This document shows positions 15,510 through 27,934 of a stretch of DNA of 64,000 nucleotides, one piece after another. The translations under genes and the position numbers were made by a program. The notes under the pieces are model-generated. The model had not been told where the DNA came from, did no database searches, and worked only from the letters and a program-made list of their open reading frames with translations. Position 1 is the stretch's first letter. Each line of letters begins with the position of its first letter. Origin of the DNA: Eledone cirrhosa (taxonomy: Eukaryota); assembly GCA_964016885.1 (NCBI GenBank), contig OZ024741.1, forward strand, positions 70,990,001 to 71,054,000. The letters are read 5' to 3'.

Positions 15510-16351
15510 TCTGGACTATCTGGCGGGTTTTCTACAGCTGGATGCCCTTCCTAACACCAACCACATTTACAGTGTGGGGCTGGGAGGTTTTTACCGTGTT
15601 GCCTACACGGCCACATTACAGCGTGAACTGTGTGTTTTTTTGTCGTGACACCTACACGATCTCATTTGTTTCGGCCTGGATGTTGTGGCACCAACATAAC
15701 TTTACATTGAAAGGGGCGGTGTGGATGGGGTGGGGGTGGTGGGACGGGGGTGTATTTTGTTAGAGATGCCTACTGACTGTAGTAGGTTTTACTTTGTATT
15801 TAGGTAAGGCGGGTCTTCTCTATTACTGAGTACCACCAAAGGTCTCGGTCCAGTGACATTGTCTTGGAGAGGTGTAAGCGTGTGAGGTCGGAATTTATCA
15901 TGTCGTCCCAGGTTTTTCTGGGTCTGCCTACTCCGTGGCTACCGTCTATCTTTATTGCCCTGCACTTTGTTATACAGCTGTCGTCATTCATGCGCAACAT
16001 GTGACCATACCAACATAGCCTTCTCTCGAGTAAACAACATCTGATACCTCTTATTTCTAATTTTTTCCTTAGTTCGTTTATGCTTAGCTGTTCACGTATA
16101 TTACTATTACACATCCAGCGGAGCATGCAAGCTTCGTTCCTCTCTAGTCTGCGTATATCCTCTGCACACAATGCCCAGGTCTCACTGCCATGCAGCATTG
16201 CTGTTCGTATGCAGGCATCATACAACCTGCTTTCATTTTTAGGGAGAACCCTTTAGCGGCTAATAGTGGTATAAGCTCTCTGAACTTTTTCCATCCAGTT
16301 CTGACTCTAGCTACTGTACTTTCAGAGCACCCTCCCCCACTGGTGATTTTG

Positions 16352-16352
<1 letters not shown>
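15510..16352 (-). mobile_element. RTE LINE 3' fragment, same subfamily as 37262-40799 and 45221-47058
   Basis: ORF 15800-16225 (MLHGSETWALCAEDIRRLERNE, GRPRKTW) and a 3' UTR nearly identical to 37357-37645. Confidence 0.93.
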
Positions 16353-16416
<64 letters not shown>

Positions 16417-16491
16417 ATTATATATATATATTATATATATATATTATATATATATATTATATATATATATTATATATATATATTATATATA

Positions 16492-16549
<58 letters not shown>

Positions 16550-16688
16550 CCAAAAGTTAAACAAGGTTCATTGATTAATCAATGAATATAGTTTTACAAT
16601 AGATTAGAAGCACTCAACAATAACGTTTTCTGGAGTTATTAATATTAATTCAAAATATTAATAAATATAGACATTCAACGTAATCAAA

Positions 16689-16760
16689 ATATATTTTATT
16701 ATATGTATTTCGAAGGTACTGTGCTGTTTTTTCAGTACGTCCTCATCAGATAAAATATAT
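16689..16760 (-). ncRNA. Type I hammerhead ribozyme
   Basis: ATATATTTTAT-CTGATGA-GGACGTACTG..CAGTACCTTC-GAAA-TACATA-TA-ATAAAATATAT. Confidence 0.8.
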
Positions 16761-16850
16761 AAATTGATGTATGACATACCTCAACTGTGGCAGACTGCCA
16801 AGACTGGAATTGAACCATCAGCACAATTGAGGTATGTCATACATCAATTT

Positions 16851-16922
16851 ATATATTTTATCTGATGAGGGCGTACTGATAAAACAGCACAGTACCTCCG
16901 AAATATATATAATAAAATATAT
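16851..16922 (+). ncRNA. Type I hammerhead ribozyme
   Basis: 11-bp stem I ATATATTTTAT/ATAAAATATAT, CTGATGA at 16862, stem II GGGCGTACTG/CAGTACCTCC, GAAA at 16900, palindromic stem III ATATATAT, predicted cleavage after A16911. Confidence 0.88.
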
Positions 16923-16962
16923 TTTGATTACGTTGAATGTCTATATTTATTAATATTTTGAA

Positions 16963-17013
<51 letters not shown>

Positions 17014-17211
17014 CATACATACATATCATCATCGTTTTTACAACCAATTTTCTATGCTGGCATGGGTTGTATATAGGATGTTTTGAGACAATGTTTTATA
17101 GTCAGACATACATTACGGCAGCAAACCTCGGTGTTGCTTCTTATAACATGCAGGGATATAATGTATCTCATCTAAAAACTGGGATATACACAACATAATA
17201 TCCTGTGTATG

Positions 17212-17253
<42 letters not shown>

Positions 17254-18239
17254 CACACATAAATAAATACAGATACATACAGATACATACATAAACACCA
17301 ATGTTTTGACTTATCACAACACTAATGAGGCAAAATGATTTTCAGAAAATATATATTTTCCTTTCCTTTTTTCTTCCTCTTTACACCCCTACACACTTCC
17401 TTCATCTATCCTTTTCTTCTATCAAAGACATACTTATTCTTTATATTATTTTATTGGTGTCTATCATTATACTGTGGCCAGGCTGTAGTACCACCTTATT
17501 TACTTAGAAGCTGAACGAATATATAAAACTATCCTAGAATTAATGGTTTTCATTTTTTTTTTTTTTTGCATCGCTAATTTCTTATATAAACCTGTCTGGG
17601 AAGTCTTTTGCTTGACAACTCTCTTTATTTCTATCATCACCAATTCTCATTGAAGACACAAGAGAAAAGGAGGAGGAGGCGGCGGAGGAGGAGAAGAAGG
17701 GAAAAGGAAAAGAAAAAGAAAAAGAAAAAGAAAAAGAAAAAGAAGAAGAAGAAGAAGACAGTAGAAGGCAGAGGAGGAAAAAAAGAAAGAGGAAGTTAAA
17801 ATCTATGGTACAGACAATCAAAATCTATTGGACAGACAATCAAATAGGCCTTCTAACAAGATGGCTGTGATAATGAGAAGGAAAGAAAGAATGCAATAAT
17901 CATTGCTAATCAGATTTCAGAGAGAAAATGTTTCCAAACAAACAGTATGCAATTTTGAAACTAAAAGTCAATAAACTGAAAACACAAATGACATATACAT
18001 AGTGTTTAGTGTTCAATCATTGATTAGTTATTGAAAAAAATATAATTTTATTTAATAATTTTTAAACTACTTTTTGGTTTGATTTGCAGTAAAAAAAATA
18101 AATGCTATGTTGAATAGAATGAATAGAAATAGAAAAATAAGGAATCTATATAAAAGGTATACCACTAAATTTATAGCACATCATTTGTACAGAAGATGAA
18201 ATACATAGAAATAAGAAATATAGTGGTAATAATTTCAAA

Positions 18240-18999
18240 CATTACTGATATAACATTATCAACATGGCATTGTCAATACAGCATTACTGTGCAATATTAT
18301 TGACATAGTCTTGTTAACACAGTTTTATTAACAAAGCATTATCAACACGGTGTTGTCAACACAGCATTACTCATGTGACATCATTGACATACTTTTGTCA
18401 ACACAGCATTATTGTCATAGCATTATCAACATGGCCTTGTCAACACAGCATTATTGTCATAGCATTATCAACATGGCCTTGTCAACACAGCATTATTGTC
18501 ATAGCATTATCAACATGGCCTTGTCAACACAGCATTATTGTCATAGCATTATCAACATGGCCTTGTCAACACAGCATTATTGTCATAGCATTATCAACAT
18601 GGCCTTGTCAACACAGCATTATTGTCATAGCATTATCAACATGGCCTTGTCAACACAGCATTATTGTCATAGCATTATCAACATGGCCTTGTCAACACAG
18701 CATTATTGTCATAGCATTATCAACATGGCCTTGTCAACACAGCATTATTGTCATAGCATTATCAACATGGCCTTGTCAACACAGCATTATTGTCATAGCA
18801 TTATCAACATGGCCTTGTCAACACAGCATTATTGTCATAGCATTATCAACATGGCCTTGTCAACACAGCATTATTGTCATAGCATTATCAACATGGCCTT
18901 GTCAACACAGCATTATTGTCATAGCATTATCAACATGGCCTTGTCAACACAGCATTATTGTCATAGCATTATCAACATGGCCTTGTCAACACAGCATTA
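18240..18999. repeat. 42-bp minisatellite (~14.4 identical copies from 18395) preceded by diverged 14-bp monomers
   Basis: Unit TTGTCAACACAGCA-TTATTGTCATAGCA-TTATCAACATGGCC. Confidence 0.97.
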
Positions 19000-19959
19000 A
19001 ACCTTAAGTAAAAAAATAAATAAATAAAAAAATTCAGTGTTCTATGCCAGTGCACAAAAGATTTAAATAATAAATAGATAAGTATAATGAGGAAATTTAA
19101 GACATTTTATTTGTCTTACACAATTTTCAACAGAAGAAACATGAAATAAGGAAAGAATTGCAAGAATTCCGCTTAAGCTCCAAATACATAGAAATATATC
19201 TATATATTACATCTTCAGATGCTAAGAAAACACTTACAGTACTCTTAATACTTAACAGCAGTGATCTTATTGTTGTTGTTGACAGTGTTTAGCTTCAGGT
19301 CAATTTCACTGAGTAAATCTATGAGGAAAAGGTATTTTGTATTTTGAGAGGGTGCCACAATAAAATTCCACAGTGCACTCAGTGGAGTTTTTAGAATGTA
19401 TGTAAGTGAGAATCAAGTCCCTGGTCTGTCTCAGAGGTCAGTAGCTCCAATTAAGTACTGAATCATTCTGTGACAACCCGTCCAGCCCTTGTTAGCAGGG
19501 AAAACAGATGTTAAATGATGATGATGATATATCAAGCACTACATTGTCCAATATATCCTTCATTTACTGCTGTGTTTATCCAGTTAAGAAAGGGTACACC
19601 ATATACCTGTGTGTCATAAAAAGGGCTAATGCTAGAAAGGACATCCAGCCATAAAACATTATCTCAAAAAAGACCCCATGAAGCCTGCTTTAGCAAGGAA
19701 AATGACCTTAAAATGCTTGTTGCATCCTTTAAATCATAGGGTAAGATGTGATTCTGGAAAAGAAGCAAAGATTTGGCTGCTATTTCTAGCTGGTACAGTG
19801 ACCACCAAGAGGCTACCTCTTTGCTCAGTGGACGTGTGTTTAACTCGCTGACAATGTTTGTTTAATTCACTGCTAAGCAATAACTACAATAACTACAATA
19901 ACACCATCACCACTACCACTACTACTAGTAACAACAACAACAACAACAACAACACTACC

Positions 19960-19996
<37 letters not shown>

Positions 19997-21539
19997 ATAT
20001 AACTAAGTACTACAATAACACTTATTATTTGGAATTATTTACTTTGAAGCATCTCAATTACCTCATACTGTCGAAATAACATTCAAAGTAATTCACTTGA
20101 CCGAAACAAATGTCTTCTTATTTGCACACAGATCATAGAAAACAGTGTGTGATCGTCGATAGTGAAAGAATGTGTCTAGTTGCAAAACATGTTCGAAGGA
20201 ATGAAAGAAAGAAAGACCACATGCATAAATATAGCACAGATTCTAATTCTGATGTACAGAATAACGGTCAAAGTAGATTAGTTTCTTTGAAGACAATCTG
20301 GTTAGAATTACAGTTCGGTGAAGTAAGAAGAGTATCCAGACCAATTTCTGTGCTCTCTCTTTGAAATCGGTAAATTAAGCTTCATATAGTCGCCGCCTCA
20401 CTTCAAATGGTTAACAATTGTGGTGACACAAGGTCACCTTTCAATTAGATTTTGGATATTTTCAGCGATAAATTATGACATCTATAAGATAGAATTTCTG
20501 TTTGTTTGCTAATTGGTTTTTGCAATTCTTTGAAATTTCAATTCTATCATCATAGATGTTTATCATACATCATATATTCATTCATGTATGTGTGTATTTA
20601 TGTATATATGAAGAATTCTCTGCCCTACTGTTAAGCTTCTACTGTGTTGATAGCAAATGAGCACACTTTCTATGTAAAATTCAACAGCTATAAGAAAGTT
20701 ATTTTGATTACTAATCGCCTAAGAATTTCTAGAGTGAGAATGTGTAAACATTTTTTTACTAACTTCTGTGACAACTATGCCATCAACATCATCATCATTT
20801 TATGCTGGCATGTGTTGGACAGGTCATCACACTCTGAGATTAGCCAGGTAAATAAAGCATGTATTGCTCATATGACATAGTTTTGGCAAGGCTTCTATTG
20901 ACCATTTTACAGAGTGTACTAAGTGCATTTCATCATGGCATCAGCACTACCTCTTTTGAAAGTAAACTGAGTGGGTCCAAGCACTATCACTTTATAGAGT
21001 GTACTGGGTGCATTTTATCTTGGTACCAGTATAAACTTACTCAACAAATACTGGTGCCAAAAAATAGTATCAAGTGAAATATACACATACACACACGCAT
21101 GCCCACATACATACATACACACAAACACACATGCATGCACACATACATACACAAACACACATGCATGCACACACAGCTCTGTTTCCAACACTAAATATTT
21201 CTGCCACATAATACATAGTATTTTATTAGTCAATCAAAAGCCCTCCACTACCCACACACAAGTGTGTGTGCATGATAGAATCAAGGCATGTTAGGGGAAA
21301 ATGACACCATTGCTAATTTACCACAGATTAACTCGTCTTAATACTCATTGCTAATTTAATTGGTAGCAATCGCATTCATGAACAACACTGTAGTAATCAA
21401 TTTTAATGAAGCTGGGAGGCTTCACATTGCACATGAATGCAATAAACTAAGGAATTATCATTTCAAAGTTTGTTTTTTTGTAGCTTACATTCTTCCAAAT
21501 ACTTAATTAAAAAACATTGATATAACAATGATGATAATA

Positions 21540-22100
21540 ATAATAATGGTTTCTGATTTAGGCACAAGGCCAACAATTTTTTTTTTTGGGGGGGGGGGGG
21601 TCGATGAAATTGACCCCAGTGCTTAAAAGGTATGTTATTTTATCAAACCCTGGAAGAATGAAAGGTAGAGTTGGCCTCAGTGGAATTTGAACTCAGATGT
21701 AAAGGGCTGTAACTAAATGCTGCAAAGCCCTTTGTCCAATGCACTAACAATTCTGCCAATCTATCACCCTTATAATAATAATAATAATAATTGTTTCTAC
21801 TATTGGCACAAGGCCAGCAATTACCCAGTGCATTACTGGTACTTTATTTTATCGACCCCGTAAGGATGAAAAGCAAAGTTAACCTCTGTGGGATTTGAAC
21901 TCAGAATGGCAAGAGCCGTAACTCTATGCGTCAAAGCATGGCGTCCGACCCTCTACCGATACTGCCAATCCACCGCCCTATATCACCCTTAGAATAATTG
22001 TTTCTACTTTAGGCACAAGAACAGCAATTTGAGGGGGAAGGGAAAGTCGATTAAATCGCCACCCTAGTGCATTACTGGTGTCTTATTTATCGACACCAGA
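21540..22100 (-). mobile_element. Cluster of three Nin/Deu-domain-like SINE copies (third is partial)
   Basis: Reverse complement of GAGTTCAAATCC..TTTCATCC..GGGGTCGATAAAATAAAGTACCAG..CCTTGTGCC..AGAAACAATTATT, repeated at ~21548, 21790 and 21995. Confidence 0.8.
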
Positions 22101-22186
22101 TAACATTTAAACAATGTTCTGTCTTTCATAGGTTTATGTGAAACACTCTATAAGGTAATTCATAAATAATATATTAGTGTGTGTCA

Positions 22187-22470
22187 GAAGGTATGTGCCT
22201 TAGTGGTTAGGGTGTTTGTCTCATGATCAGAAGGTCGTGAGTTTGATTCCTGGACCAAGCAGAGTGATGTGTCCTTGAGTATGACGCTTTATTTTCACAT
22301 TGCTCCACTCCGCTCAACTGGCAAAAATGAGTTGTACCTGTGATTGAAGGGGCCAGCCTTGATACACATTGTCACCCAGAATTTCCTTGAGAACTATTTT
22401 AAGAGTGCACATGGCTGTCGAATGCTCAGCCTTATACATGTTAATTTCATGAGCAGGTAATTTTGTTGAT
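22187..22470 (+). mobile_element. tRNA-derived SINE
   Basis: TAGTGGTTAGG A box, GAGTTTGATTCC B box, then a GTGTCCTTGAG body motif. Confidence 0.7.
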
Positions 22471-22789
22471 CACTGAAATACATTCAAAAACAACAAAGAT
22501 CTTGTGTGTGTGTGTGCGTGTGTGTGTGTGTGTGTTTGTGTGTGTGCGTGTGTGCGTGCGTGCGTGCGTGCGTGCGTGCATGCGTGTGTGTGCTTATTAC
22601 ACCGGTATGGACATGTGGTGCATATGGATGATGAACACTGGGTGAAGAAGTGACATGAGCTGCAGTGGAACTTGGGCAGGGTTGATCTCAAAACACTGAA
22701 CCTCTCTCACACACACACATACAGTCGTACATACACACAGGTGTGACACTATTTACTCATCACATTTTCATTTCACCCGATACAATCAA

Positions 22790-23346
22790 CAAGGATCCTG
22801 AATTACTGAATACCATGATAACTGGAAATGAGACACGGTTGTCTCATTTCCAAAATCAAGGTGATGCTGACTGTTTTCTTTTGCTACCAAGGTGTTATGC
22901 ATCATGAATATGCCCTAGAAGGAGAAACAGTTACAAAGGAGTACTCTCAGGAAGTCCCCCATTTCTGTAATGCAATTTGGTGAAGAGAGTGGATCTGTGG
23001 GCCTTGCAAAACTGGCAGATCATCATTAATAATGACAATACTCCAGCTTATTAATCAGTTGATCCAAGGTTTCTTGGCAAAGAAAAGCATTTCACTCATT
23101 CGTTAGGATCTCAAGACATGATTGCTTCTAAAAAAAACTGAGAGGACATCAAGCAAACTGCAAATGGAACATCTGAGAAGCATTCCAGAAGAAACATTCC
23201 AGATGTGCTTCAAATAGTGGAAAGATCATTGAGCTAAGTGTGGAGAGAAACAAGGAACCTACTTCAAAGGGAGTTAGCAATTGAACCCCACCAGGTACTT
23301 ATTTCTTTAACAGCCTAATGTCGGATACTTTTTCAACAGACCTTGT
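22790..23346 (+). mobile_element. Degenerate mariner transposon, 3' part
   Basis: Translated remnants ITGNETR (cf. ITGDETW), KIKVMLTVFF..GVMHHEY..GETVTKEY and NDNTPAY (cf. HDNAPAH). Ends in a TIR-like GGATACTTTTTCAACAGACCTTG-TA. Confidence 0.8.
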
Positions 23347-23478
23347 ATATGTACACATATACATACATGTGTGTGTTCTCATACAGCTATACATATACAT
23401 ACAGTGTATATATATGTACATGCACATATTTACATATACATTTGTATATACATGTGAGCATGTACATCTCTCTCTCTT

Positions 23479-23552
<74 letters not shown>

Positions 23553-25480
23553 GTATGTATGCGCACATATATACATGTGTGTGTGCATTGAATGTTTAAC
23601 ACTGGAAAAATAAGATAGTGAAAGGGCAAACCTATTACATACCAGCATAACAATATCATTTATTGTCAAAGTTAACCTTCCATTTCTTTTATCCAACATC
23701 CTTTATACAATACAGTTGGAAAGTTATGATACAGATGATGGATCATCAGAGATTGTAACACTTAACATTTACTGTTACATATTTGTTATCTTGTAAACAA
23801 CTAATAGTTGATATTACCACTCCACCACACTAAAATAGACCACTGACATCACCATCTCCACCCTCACAACCAATACTACCACCTCACCCCCACACTCACT
23901 ACCAATGCTACCACCCTCACTGCAAAATCTTTCTAAATTCTCACTTATTTTCAAAATTATTTGAAAAATCACAGACAGTATTATATTTCATTAGACATAG
24001 GGTTATGAAAGCTAAACACATTCACTACCGTATTTTTAATGTTTCAATTAATTTTGAAAATATTCAAAATTTTGAAAGAATTTAGTAAAATAACTTTTCC
24101 ATTAGTATACTGGTATTTAGAACATAAATATTTCTTGAATAAAAAATATGATTGAAGGTCTTGATATAAATATGAAAATAAAAAAACAAACAAAAACAGG
24201 CAGTTTTATAGCATACAACCAAGCGTGGGTGGGGTTCAAGCAGGTTGATGTCAAAAGGGTTAAACCAGACATGTTTTGGCAGTAGAGAGATCATAGAAAC
24301 TGGAAGGTCAATGACCAGACATTACAACACATATTGCTACACTCAAGATGAAGTCATTTAGACAGCTACCTTATGTCTACCTCTCTCTCTTGTTACTGTG
24401 TTTCTCTGTGTGCCTGTCTGTCTGACATCTAAACATATCTGGGTGTGTATTTTAACTCTGTACAGATTTCTAAACTATGCAAAGAATTGAAAACTTATGA
24501 TGAATAGATGATGGTGATGGTTATGATGGTTGTAGTGGTGACAAGTGACAATGAGGATTATAATTTAGTTGGAATTCTCTCTCACCCACTCTCTCCCTTT
24601 ATTTGTCTGTCTGACTATCTGACTCTCTTTTTCCCCCTCCCTCACTTTCTGTTCATCATCTTTATTTAGTCAAGCTGGTGATGATGGTGGTGGTGGTGGT
24701 GGTGGTGGTGTTTATCATTGTAATATTGATGATGGTGTTGGTAATAATGATGATGGTGTTGGTAATAATGATGACGGTGGTGGTGATGATGATGATATAT
24801 CAACTTGCTCTATTATTATATATCATAGTGTGTGTATGTTGGGGGGAGGGGGCTTAAAGTTAATTTACCTAGTCATCTAATACCTGTAATATATCAAATA
24901 CACTTCTTGTCAAACACCTTACATTATTATTTATTTCTTTTCTTAGAATGTCTCCTTCTGTTGGTTTTTACATATTTTTTCCCAATATTTCAACATTGAA
25001 ATTACATCAATCCTAGGAGGATCATTCACTGTTCAGTTAGCAATAATTAAAATATGAAAAAATATATCAAGAACACCCCCATACCACTCACACACACCAA
25101 AGAAACACCATAGATAAATAAAAAAAATAGAAACCCCAGAATGCTTCAAAACAAAGTATTGTGGGAGATTTTTTTTATCAATTATGTATTTATTTATTTA
25201 CTATTTCTGGAACAATCTATAGAAAATTGATCTTAATTGAAGATATCAATCATCATTTAATTTCATTAGATAATGTATTTTGTCTTTCAGTCTTTCATTC
25301 CTCCACAATATCAATTTACAGGGAAAGAAGAGAAAGATGAGGACAAACAACAACAATAATAACAAAGGTAAAAAAAATATGGTTGCCATTGACAATGACA
25401 TAGAATTATAATAAATGTGATGTTACTGATAATAATAATGATTTGACATCAACTGCCAGATTGTCTCTCATTATTTTTTT

Positions 25481-25663
25481 GGATTGGCAGTATCAGTAGA
25501 GGGTCGGACGCCATGCTTTCCAGCATAGTTACGCCCCTTTACGGTCTGAGTTCAAATCCTGCCGAGGTTGACTTTGCCTTTCATCCTTATGGGGTCGATA
25601 AAATAAAGTACCAGTAATGCACTGGGTAATTGCTGACCTTGTGCCTAAAGTAGAAACAATTAT
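25481..25663 (+). mobile_element. Nin/Deu-domain-like SINE
   Basis: B box GAGTTCAAATCC, core GCCTTTCATCCTTATGGGGTCGATAAAATAAAGTACCAG, tail AGAAACAATTATT. Confidence 0.85.
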
Positions 25664-25748
25664 TTTTTTCCTTTTGTAATCTTTGTTTCATATATATATA
25701 TATATATATATACAATATTAAATAAATGGAAACTATATTTATAAAACC

Positions 25749-25825
25749 ATATTTATTTCATTATATATATTTCGGGGATATCATATTAACAATATGCTAT
25801 GCCTTCCTCAGACAAAATACAATAT
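25749..25825 (-). ncRNA. Type I hammerhead ribozyme (mirror copy)
   Basis: Reverse complement of 25933-26009. Confidence 0.72.
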
Positions 25826-25932
25826 AAACAGTTTTATAGATAAATAGATTCGACATACCGTTATAACACCGACTTCCATTTGAAGTCGGTGTTATAACGG
25901 TATGTCGAATCTATTTATCTATAAAACTGTTT

Positions 25933-26009
25933 ATATTGTATTTTGTCTGAGGAAGGCATAGCATATTGTTAATATGATATCCCCGAAATATATATAATGA
26001 AATAAATAT
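25933..26009 (+). ncRNA. Type I hammerhead ribozyme
   Basis: ATATTGTATTTTGT-CTGAGGA-AGGCATAGCATATT..AATATGATATCCCC-GAAA-TATATA-TA-ATGAAATAAATAT. The first pair of stem II is mismatched (A-C). Confidence 0.72.
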
Positions 26010-26335
26010 GGTTTTATAAATATAGTTTCCATTTATTTAATATTGTAAATTTACTCCAAATATTTGTCGAGTGCTTTTATATCAGTTATAAATATTTACT
26101 AGTTGTTAACCCAACAATTTTAAATATAACTTTCCATGTATATATATATATATATATATATTTATTGTCATCATTTCAACTTTTCCTGGGTTGAACAAGA
26201 CTTTCTGAGGCAATGTTTTACTGCTGGATGCCCTTCCTGACACCAACCCTTTTAGTCACCTCTTACCACATGCAGGCATACAGTTTGCCTATTTTATACT
26301 GAATAGACATAGCCATATATATGTGTGTGTGGGTA

Positions 26336-26378
<43 letters not shown>

Positions 26379-27695
26379 ATTATTATATGGCTGAGATTAT
26401 TACTCTCTGTTGCTACTTTGAGTTTCATCGATTGTGAGATCAGCAACAAACTGCAAAACTCAGAGTAGAAACAGAGAGTGATCTCAGTAATATAATATAT
26501 ACAGTATACAATAGTATATATTATATATAATATATATATAATATATACTGTATTTCCTACTATTGAGTGCTTTTCCCTCATGTTTGGAAACCAAAATGTA
26601 CAGACATATGTATGATAAAACACACCTAGTACACACTGTAAGGTAGTTGAGGATAGGAAGAGCATCCAGTTGTAGAAACCATGCCAAAATGAGTTGAAAG
26701 GATTCTGCAGGATCTCAAAGGCATATCAATCTCTCTAGTGGTGACAAAACAAAATGCACCAAAGGATAAAAGGACTCATCAGTTGTGTCAAAGGCATGAT
26801 GACCTCCCCAGTGCTGGTACTGTGGTTGCACTCATTCTTTAGAGTGCAGGAACCTATGTAAGCTAGTAGGGGAAATGATGATGAAGACAATGTGCATGTT
26901 TATATTGGTCTCCTGACCAACCTTGCCTCAAGTGGGACAAAACCGTCCAACCTATGCTAGCATGGAAGATGGACATGATGATGATAGGGAGTTACCTGTT
27001 AGACTAGTAAGACCATATTTAGCACTTGGGAAGTAGAGTGCATGTATAGTTAAAAGTTAGTGCCCGATGGCTGAGCTCATGCCATTTCAACATGAGCTCA
27101 GCTGTCAAGTACAAACTTTTAACTATATAGATATATTCTTTTATATACATATATATATACGTTATCATCACCATCATCATATAACAACCATTTCCCTTGT
27201 GTGTGTGCGTGCGTGTGTGTGTGTGATTGCAGTAGACACAGTGATTGTTGTGTAGTTAGAAGATCAATTTGCAACCACCTAGTTCTGAGGTCAATCCCAT
27301 TGTGTAGCTCCTTTGGCCACTGAGGGTTGACCAATACTTTATAGTGTACATAGTAGATGGAAACTGTGGAAGACAGTCAGGCAGGTAGACAGTCAGACAA
27401 GCACAGACAGCTAGGGAGACAGAGCAAGGACAGACAGGTAGACAGACAGACTAGTAGACAGACAGGTAGACAGACAGGTAGATAGACAGATAAAAAGTCA
27501 GATAGACAGGTAGACAGTCATGTAGACAGACAGATAGGTCGACAGTCAGGTAAACAGGCAGGTAAACAGATATTTACAAAAATCAGACAAATAAAAAGAA
27601 GAAATGTAGACAGAAAGAAAAAGAAAGAAAAGAAACTAATTAGGAGAAAAAGAAAGAAAAAGTTGGGAAAAGACTTAAAAGGTAGAACTGTAAGA

Positions 27696-27752
<57 letters not shown>

Positions 27753-27871
27753 CATACAGGTAGTGTGCAGGCAGGCAGACCAACAGATAATGAGCAGAAA
27801 TGTCCAGTGGCAATATGTTTAATTCTTCAGATGACGTAAAAGAAAATTACAAATATATATATATATATATA

Positions 27872-27934
<63 letters not shown>

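Larger units (their letters stand above)
16547..16971. mobile_element. Fold-back Penelope-like remnant (arms 16640-16789 and 16822-16971) in (TA)n
   Basis: Inverted arms of ~150 bp with a 32-nt spacer. The left arm has a ~90-nt extension, and each arm has a hammerhead. Confidence 0.85.
25711..26139. mobile_element. Fold-back Penelope-like remnant: 166-bp palindrome (25711-25876 and 25882-26047) plus ~90-nt tail
   Basis: Arms look perfectly complementary around a CATTT loop. Homologous to the 3' end of the ORF-bearing element at 60728-60855. TA flanks. Confidence 0.9.

Noticed and set aside
18350-19007. CRISPR-like array or repeat protein (MALSTQHYCHSIIN)n
   Set aside because: Units are identical and head-to-tail with no unique spacers, no cas genes are present and the context is eukaryotic.
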